Assembly: GCF_006345805.1 (NCBI RefSeq)
Contig: NW_021829758.1
Location: 1 to 5,974, forward strand
Origin: Octopus sinensis
Taxonomy: Eukaryota
Direction: 5' to 3'
DNA: 5,974 nt
Part shown: piece after piece, positions 1-5,854 of the stretch
How the letters are laid out: each line of letters starts with the position of its first letter
Position numbering within the stretch: position 1 is the first letter of the stretch
Notes under the pieces: generated by a model
Seen by the model: the letters and a program-made list of their open reading frames with translations, nothing else
Told to the model about the DNA's origin: nothing
The model's database searches: none
Program-made: the position numbers and the translations under genes

Positions 1-300
1 GGTGGTAGTGATGTTTGTAGGTGATGGTAGGGGTGGTGTTCGTAGGGGTGGTAGAGGCGCTAGTGTTGTGATGGTGGTGGTGGTGGCTGTAGTTGTGACG
101 GCCATCTTTGTAGTGGTGGTGGTATGGTGGTGGGATAGGGGGCACTTGTGGCAGTGTACCTTTAGTGGTGGAGGCGGCGGCGATGATGGTGGTTTTAGGG
201 TTGGCGTTGGAGACGTTGGTGATGGTGTTGGGATCAGTGGTTGGGGGAGGGGTAGTGCTTGTGATGGCGACGACGACAGCGACGAAGAAATTGACGTGAA
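1..300. repeat. Degenerate (GGT/GTG)n G-rich low-complexity tract grading into (GAC)n
   Basis: Many GGT/GTG triplets (e.g. atggtggtggtggtgg at 71-86, gtggtggtgg near 114-122). The + strand is strongly G/T-rich and C-poor, and ends in gacgacgacagcgacg. Confidence 0.85.
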
Positions 301-322
301 AAACATAATTATCATGATCCGT

Positions 323-325
323 GAC

Positions 326-378
<53 letters not shown>

Positions 379-383
379 CGATC

Positions 384-423
<40 letters not shown>

Positions 424-490
424 CGATGATGACGATGATGAGGATGATGATGATGATGATGATGATGACGATGATGAGGATGATGATGAT
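323..490. repeat. (GAT)n trinucleotide microsatellite, 56 triplets
   Basis: 168 bp of GAT with 8 variant triplets: GAC at 323, 377, 422, 431 and 467, CAT at 383, GAG at 440 and 476. Confidence 0.98.
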
Positions 491-575
491 GGCAGAGATA
501 ACAATAAAGATGGCGGTGATAATAATGCATTTGTGATTATCTCTTTACTTTAACACCGCAATAAGCTCATACATT

Positions 576-664
576 CACACACATACACACACACACACAT
601 ACACATACACACATACACACACATACACACACAGAAACACATTCCCACTCATAAACATACACAC
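576..664. repeat. (CA)n/(CATA) interrupted microsatellite
   Basis: cacacacatacacacacacacacatacacatacacacatacac..., decaying to the right. Confidence 0.92.
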
Positions 665-689
665 GCATGCGTATTACGCAAGATCCTAG

Positions 690-697
690 TGACGTCA
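690..697. promoter_or_regulatory. Perfect CRE palindrome TGACGTCA (motif only)
   Basis: Exact CREB/ATF consensus in unique sequence. Function is not shown. Confidence 0.3.
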
Positions 698-864
698 GAC
701 CTGGTTTTAAGAAGTAACGAAAGGTAATTATTGTTTATTATGATAAAAGCATTAATATTTCTTGATAAAAAGGAAATACCCAGCTTATAGCAATCTCTAA
801 CATATCACATAATATCGTGACTTATAAAAGGAATCTTTCCGCTATCTTTCCATAAACGCATATT

Positions 865-962
865 GCACACGCACACACATACACACTCACATATATACAT
901 ATATATATATATATATATACACACATACACGCTCGAGTACACATGCACACACATACACACAC
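865..962. repeat. Compound (CA)n-(TA)n-(CA)n microsatellite
   Basis: gcacacgcacacacatacacac, then a (AT) run at about 891-918, then cacacatacac. Confidence 0.92.
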
Positions 963-1053
963 CATTCTTTTATAACTGCGATGGCCTGGTTAACTAGCAA
1001 TATTGTTAGTTGTGGATATTACATGCTTGTTCATATAGAACTGGGTATGGTTA

Positions 1054-1120
1054 TGTGTGTGTGTATGCGTGTGTGTTGTGTATGTGTGTGTGTATGTGTG
1101 TGTGTGTGCGTGTGTGTGTG
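1054..1120. repeat. (TG)n interrupted microsatellite
   Basis: tgtgtgtgtgtatgcgtgtgtgttgtgtatgtgtgtg..., ending immediately before the family B SINE head. Confidence 0.93.
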
Positions 1121-1121
1121 A

Positions 1122-1405
1122 GGGAGAGTAGCATAAAGGTTACGTGCTCTACTCAGGATGCAAGAGCTTGGCTTTGATTCCAGAACCAAGCCGTGTGTTG
1201 TGCTCTTTTCAGCAAAGCACATCATTTCACGACGTTTTGCAATCGCTTCGAGATGTGGTGTAATGATACACCGCGCCCCTGTACAGAACAATGGCGATTT
1301 GATGGAGGGAATGAGCTAATATATAACACAATCATTTGATCATTATGAACAAAATATCCGTGCGAATTGTTCAGAAGGGCCTCCTCCCTCTCCGCGTAGG
1401 AGAAC
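1122..1405 (+). mobile_element. tRNA-derived SINE, family B, near full length and degenerate
   Basis: A-box-like TAGCATAAAGG at 1129-1139 and B-box-like GCTTTGATTCC at 1171-1181. Collinear blocks are shared with the reverse complement of 4484-4680: gttgtg.tct, catttc.cg, gatac, aggga.tgagctaat, tttgatca.tat.aacaaa. The 3' end is approximate. Confidence 0.8.
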
Positions 1406-1521
1406 GTGGCACGAAACGTCAATGACTCTTCCAATTTCCCCTATCGTCAAATTTATACACCTTGTTTGTTGTTCCCTCACCTCTCTCTGTCTTTTGCCTT
1501 TTGTTTTTGTATAACTTTCAA

Positions 1522-1522
<1 letters not shown>

Positions 1523-1564
<42 letters not shown>
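1523..1564. repeat. (CA)21 perfect microsatellite
   Basis: 42 bp of uninterrupted CA. Confidence 0.98.
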
Positions 1565-1566
<2 letters not shown>

Positions 1567-1886
1567 AACGCTTGCACCATGTTCCTTGGCATTTGATATT
1601 GCTGGATATTATCATTAGATAACACAGCTTTTTAGATCAGTAAAATAACACCAGATATCTTCATACCATGTTTTGATATATAACGGTCCGATATCCATGA
1701 ATCTTCATTAGCTCCATGTATTAATCTTAGATATAACACCTACCGTGTGAGAAAGTTCAACTAGAGTATGGCGGTGCATTCGCTGTTATTTGTGGGTGAT
1801 ATTTCAACACTTAGAATTAGATTAGACAGATCCTCTCGATGCATCTCTTATGAAATCCACTAATGTTAATTAAAATTTGCTCAAGC

Positions 1887-2280
1887 CTTATCTTATATCT
1901 TGCTTGTTTCAATCATTGGATTGCAGCCATACTGGAGCACTGTCTTTAACGTTTTTAAAAAATGTTTATTTATTGTTGAACAAGTCGTTCCCATAACTTA
2001 GTAAGTCTAGTACTTATTCTATCATTTTCTTTTGCCGAATCGCTATGTTACGGGAACGTAAACAGACCACCGCCGGTTGTCAAGCAGTGATAGTATTGGT
2101 GGGAGACAACCATGTGCATATATACAGGATGGGTTTCCTCACAGTCTCTATCTACCGAATATACTCTCAAGTCTTTGGTCGGGATGGGGTTACTGTAGAA
2201 GACATAAGGTACCACGCAGTGGGATGGAACTCGAAATTGCATGTTTGCAAAGCGACCTTCTGAACTACACGGCCATGCAT
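1887..2280 (-). mobile_element. tRNA-derived SINE, family A, near full length and degenerate
   Basis: The reverse complement of 2165-2280 aligns with the head at 5855-5974: exact TCCCACTGCGTGG (2212-2224 vs 5915-5927) and GTCTTCTAC (2195-2203 vs 5942-5950). The 3' half aligns with 5169-5291: agcac, ctagtactta, tttgccgaa, gttac.gg.acgtaa. There is a short AAGAT-like tail at about 1887-1903 on the element strand. Confidence 0.88.
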
Positions 2281-2444
2281 AAGGCAACTGTTAGTCTCTT
2301 AGATAATAATTTTCTGCTATCATTAACAGAGCAATTCTAATAAAAATCTCTTGATTTACTCCATCAAATGTGTTAGCACTCAATTTAATATTTAATTAAT
2401 ATGGAACAGGTGCCCGTAGGTGTGTTTACCAAGTCGTTTTTAGA

Positions 2445-2579
2445 ACACACACACGCGCGCGCACGCACACACACACACACACACATGCACATTCACACAC
2501 ACTCACATTTGTATGTGTACGCACTCACACATTATTGTGCACAAACATTTACACGTGTGTTTGTATATATATATAAATA

Positions 2580-2615
<36 letters not shown>

Positions 2616-2666
2616 CATGCGTTTATATATATATATGTGTGTAATCATATATATATGTGTGTAATC

Positions 2667-2698
<32 letters not shown>

Positions 2699-2710
2699 AT
2701 GTGTACATAC
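2445..2710. repeat. Compound (CA)/(CG)/(TG)/(TA) microsatellite block with a 20-bp tandem duplication
   Basis: CA-rich at 2445-2510 with (CG)4 at 2454-2461. (GT)n at 2581-2604 and 2681-2698. The unit atatatgtgtgtaatcatat occurs at 2631-2650 and 2651-2670. Confidence 0.93.
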
Positions 2711-2860
2711 ACCCGTATATAAACTATACAAACTAACATCTACCGTTATAGTTATTTAATTGCCCTATTACACACCCATTCTACACACTTCCTACCTACA
2801 TACTCTCCGTCCACCCCTCCATCCTTCGTACCACCATCCATCTATCTGATATTATCCCGA

Positions 2861-2920
2861 ACACACACACACATATACACACACATACACTCGCTCTCTC
2901 CCTCTCACACACACATACAC
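2861..2920. repeat. (CA)n-(CT)n-(CA)n degenerate microsatellite
   Basis: acacacacacacatatacacacacatacactcgctctctccctctcacacacacatacac. Confidence 0.85.
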
Positions 2921-3440
2921 CGATTCTCACTTCATCTTCATCGCGCCCCCGATCACGCTCAAACCTCACTCAACTCAACTCAACTCTCTTCGCGTCTTCC
3001 TTTACTTTAACGATCTCCTTCAACTTTTCAACGAAGCAATCTCACTGAAAGACAGGCTCCACCTACACATCGTCAAATCATCTGATAGCTAGCTGCCTCT
3101 CCTTGACAGTCACACAGCTGTTACCCTTAAAAACACCACCATACTATAAACTGCAGCCCTTAAACAACAAGCAGTAATCAAAACGCTGATATTACACTAA
3201 CAGATGCTGGAATCATCTGGATTCTTTTAGATTATGGCTTGTCTTCAGGTTTATTTACATGTTCCTCCATTTCTCAAACGATTTCCCTCATTTATTTTAC
3301 ATCATTCTTCATTTTTTATTTCGTTTTACTTCGCTTTTATTCGTTTCCCGTCATTCCTCTCTCGTTCTGTTTGGTTATCGTCTGCTTATTTTAGTCAAAC
3401 GTTTACTTCACCGTCACTATAAATACACAGACAAACATCC

Positions 3441-3466
3441 ACCCACACAACCCACACACAGATACA

Positions 3467-3521
<55 letters not shown>

Positions 3522-3742
3522 ATATATATATATATACAAACATTTGCATAAACATGCGTATGCATGTATTACATACTTATATATATACATACATAAATGT
3601 GAGTCTTTTGAGTCATTGACACATCTATATATGCACATATATATGTATATATAAGCATATATAATGTACATATATATGTATGTATAAGCATATATATGCA
3701 TATATATATATGCATATGTATATATGTATATGTATACATACG
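3441..3742. repeat. Compound (AC)18 plus long degenerate (TA/TATG)n
   Basis: Perfect AC at 3469-3504, followed by about 235 bp of mostly alternating TA/TG/CA with a short unique island near 3598-3625. Confidence 0.93.
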
Positions 3743-3951
3743 TAGTGTGTACCATGGACTTAATTTCTAATTAGTTACGGAGCATGCCCAGCGAATTAAA
3801 GTGTACGACTTGTGAGGTATATGTGTGTCTAACTACCACAAACACAAACACAAATACACGCATACACACACATTGATACGTATGCATATATTCATACGTA
3901 CGTGCACACACACAAACATAGCCCCAGTATCATAATATTCTGTACATGTAC

Positions 3952-3963
3952 AGTCATGTGACT
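3952..3963. promoter_or_regulatory. M-box/CLEAR-like E-box AGTCATGTGACT (motif only)
   Basis: TCATGTGA core at 3954-3961 with symmetric flanks, matching the MITF/TFE binding consensus. Confidence 0.25.
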
Positions 3964-4321
3964 AGTAGACGCTTCACTGTTCACGGTTCCATTCTTTTCA
4001 GGTTACATGAAGTTAATTTAAAAAGTTGACATATTTTCACTGCTTCATAGCATCAATCAGTGATCACATCGATGCATAAATACAATTACATTTATATGTT
4101 TGTGTGTGCGTGTGTGCATATAAAAACAGGAGATTGGAAAATTTTTTTGGTATCGTCTGCTTTGATATTGTTATTCAGCAGAAAATGTCTTCCAGTATTT
4201 TCAACTTTTATGCATACCTTTACACAAAGATAACGTCTGCATACGGATATGGAACACTGAAAGGATGTGTTTCAAGATGTCACAACCGGATTTTAACCCT
4301 CTCCATATAATATAAATAAAC

Positions 4322-4408
4322 ATTATATATATAAACAGATAGATAGTTATATGCATAGGTATCTCTACGTATGTATGTGTGTGTTCGCGTATATATATAT
4401 TATATACT

Positions 4409-4458
<50 letters not shown>

Positions 4459-4483
4459 TATACATAGATATATATGTATACAT
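4322..4483. repeat. (TA)n-rich block including (AT)19
   Basis: Perfect AT run at 4411-4448, flanked by degenerate TA/TATG/GATA. Confidence 0.93.
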
Positions 4484-4680
4484 AACGATCTGCAAAGATT
4501 TGTTTATAGTGATCAAAAAGATGTATCTGGTGTACATTAGCTCACTCCCTGTATCATACGTCAGGTGTTGATGTTATCGCAGTGCAACGAGAAATGGAGT
4601 GTTTCACTCAAGAACACAACGCGCCGCTCTATCTAGCGAACGTGAGTGCAACACCTAAACCCTTGGCTACGAGCCTTCGT
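4484..4680 (-). mobile_element. tRNA-derived SINE, family B, internally deleted copy
   Basis: The reverse complement reads ...gtagccaagggtttaggtgttgcactca...gcgttgtgttcttgagtgaaacactccatttctcg...gatac|agggagtgagctaat...tttgatcactataaacaaa, collinear with 1122-1370. An A-box-like motif lies at 4659-4669. The B-box region and about 36 nt of the body are missing. Confidence 0.8.
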
Positions 4681-4785
4681 ATATGCATGTATATATATGT
4701 ATATATATATACAAAGAGAATGAGAGAAGATAGATAGATCCATGCATACATGCGTGTATGTGTGTCGAGAGATAGAGAGAGAAAG
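4681..4785. repeat. Mixed (TA)n/(GA)n/(GATA)n/(TG)n low-complexity tract
   Basis: atatgcatgtatatatatg..., gagagaagatagatagat, gagagatagagagaga. Confidence 0.8.
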
Positions 4786-4970
4786 AACTGTATTTGTGAA
4801 CCGGTGTGTATAAACTTATATGGTTGATAAACACTCGTTTATCATCTGGACTATATTAACACACGTCAATTTGAATCAGGTGTGTATATTTAGACAGTTG
4901 TTTAAATAGATATATATTCCAATATGGACATAGACATACCTATGTGCATATATATGTACAAATATTAAGC

Positions 4971-5008
4971 TATATATATATATATATATATAAAGTGTGT
5001 GTGTGTGT
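4971..5008. repeat. (TA)11 plus (GT)7 compound microsatellite
   Basis: TA at 4971-4992, then aa, then GT at 4995-5008. Confidence 0.92.
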
Positions 5009-5114
5009 TAAGTAACCAACAGCAACGCGCATACGAGAGTATGTTTAAAAGCCGGAAACGAAGTGAGTCATCTTGGAATAAATGAATATGGCTTATACTT
5101 ACTGTGAGTGTGTG

Positions 5115-5116
<2 letters not shown>

Positions 5117-5168
<52 letters not shown>
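5117..5168. repeat. (TG)26 perfect microsatellite
   Basis: 52 bp of uninterrupted TG, abutting the family A fragment. Confidence 0.97.
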
Positions 5169-5170
<2 letters not shown>

Positions 5171-5400
5171 ATGGACTGCGGCTATGTTGCAGCACCCTTT
5201 TGATGGGTGTAGTCGAAGAAATCGTCCCTAGTACTTAAAGCCGAGTTCTATTAGTTTTCATTTGCCGAACAGTTAAGTTACAGGGACGTAAGTATATGAG
5301 CGCTCTGTGTGTGCATGTGTGTGTTTGTTTGTATGTGAGTGTGTGCGCGCACGCTCGGATCCAGCACAGTTTTTGTCTACCAAGTTCATTCACGAAGCAT
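5169..5400 (-). mobile_element. tRNA-derived SINE, family A, 5'-truncated degenerate copy
   Basis: 5169-5291 aligns with 1913-2061 (ctagtactta 5228-5237 vs 2007-2016; tttgccgaa 5261-5269 vs 2031-2039). cacagt-N5-tctacc at 5365-5381 matches 2140-2156 with identical spacing. No tRNA head is seen. The extension beyond 5291 is less certain. Confidence 0.75.
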
Positions 5401-5615
5401 GCTAGACTACTGGTTTTAAATTGATGTTAATCAAATTAATATCCAATTTTTCACTCTTTTAAATACGTTCTCTAATCGGCAAAAGCCACTACAGTGAATT
5501 ATTTTCTGCGGTATTATTTCCGACATTTTAGCGCGCCAGAACGAGGACTTTTGAAAAGTAACCACAAGTGTAAGAGGCAGAACTATATATATGTCCTACC
5601 TGAAGATCTACGGAC

Positions 5616-5640
5616 AAATTACGTAAGTAAAATTACGTAA
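5616..5640. promoter_or_regulatory. Tandem AAATTACGTAA x2 containing perfect PAR-bZIP/NFIL3 D-box palindromes (motif only)
   Basis: TTACGTAA at 5619-5626 and 5633-5640, period 14. Confidence 0.35.
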
Positions 5641-5813
5641 CTGTTAATAGTAAAATATGTTTGTGGTTAATCTATATTTTTGTTACTTTTCATTTGTCTT
5701 GCTCGCTTACATTCTGGCATTTGCTAAATTTTCTTGAGAACATTCCTTAGTGGTAAGACCACAGCGGATCTACTTCTAGCATAAGGGTTGTCCACATAGT
5801 GGTCATCCCTTTC

Positions 5814-5854
5814 ATATGTATATGTATATATATATATGTAAATATATATATATA
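5814..5854. repeat. (TA)n degenerate microsatellite
   Basis: atatgtatatgtatatatatatatgtaaatatatatatata, directly upstream of the SINE head. Confidence 0.9.

Noticed and set aside
2-553. 183-aa ORF with Val/Gly-rich N-terminus and poly-Asp, plus overlapping poly-Met and poly-His ORFs
   Set aside because: Three frames stay open simply because GGT and GAT repeats lack stops. There is no recognisable domain, the ORF runs off the window edge, and there is no convincing splice context.
1031-1615. ORFs 1031-1291, 1222-1434 and 1343-1615
   Set aside because: They are made of family B SINE sequence and (CA/TG)n translating to HT/CV dipeptide runs.
1811-1826. (TTAGA)3-like run resembling a telomeric repeat
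   Set aside because: It is not TTAGG or TTAGGG and has only three imperfect units.
2045-2340. Three overlapping 72-87 aa ORFs
   Set aside because: They lie wholly or mostly within the family A SINE, with no transposase or RT motifs.
3222-3254. Possible 18-nt microexon (ttcttttag|ATTATGGCTTGTCTTCAG|gtttat)
   Set aside because: The donor GTTTAT is weak and the pyrimidine tract is short. It cannot be supported without reads.
2401-4571. ORFs with HT, YI and CV runs and Phe/Ser-rich ORFs (2401, 3234, 3259, 3417, 4104, 4371)
   Set aside because: These are short translations of microsatellite or pyrimidine-rich DNA, with no protein-like composition or motifs.
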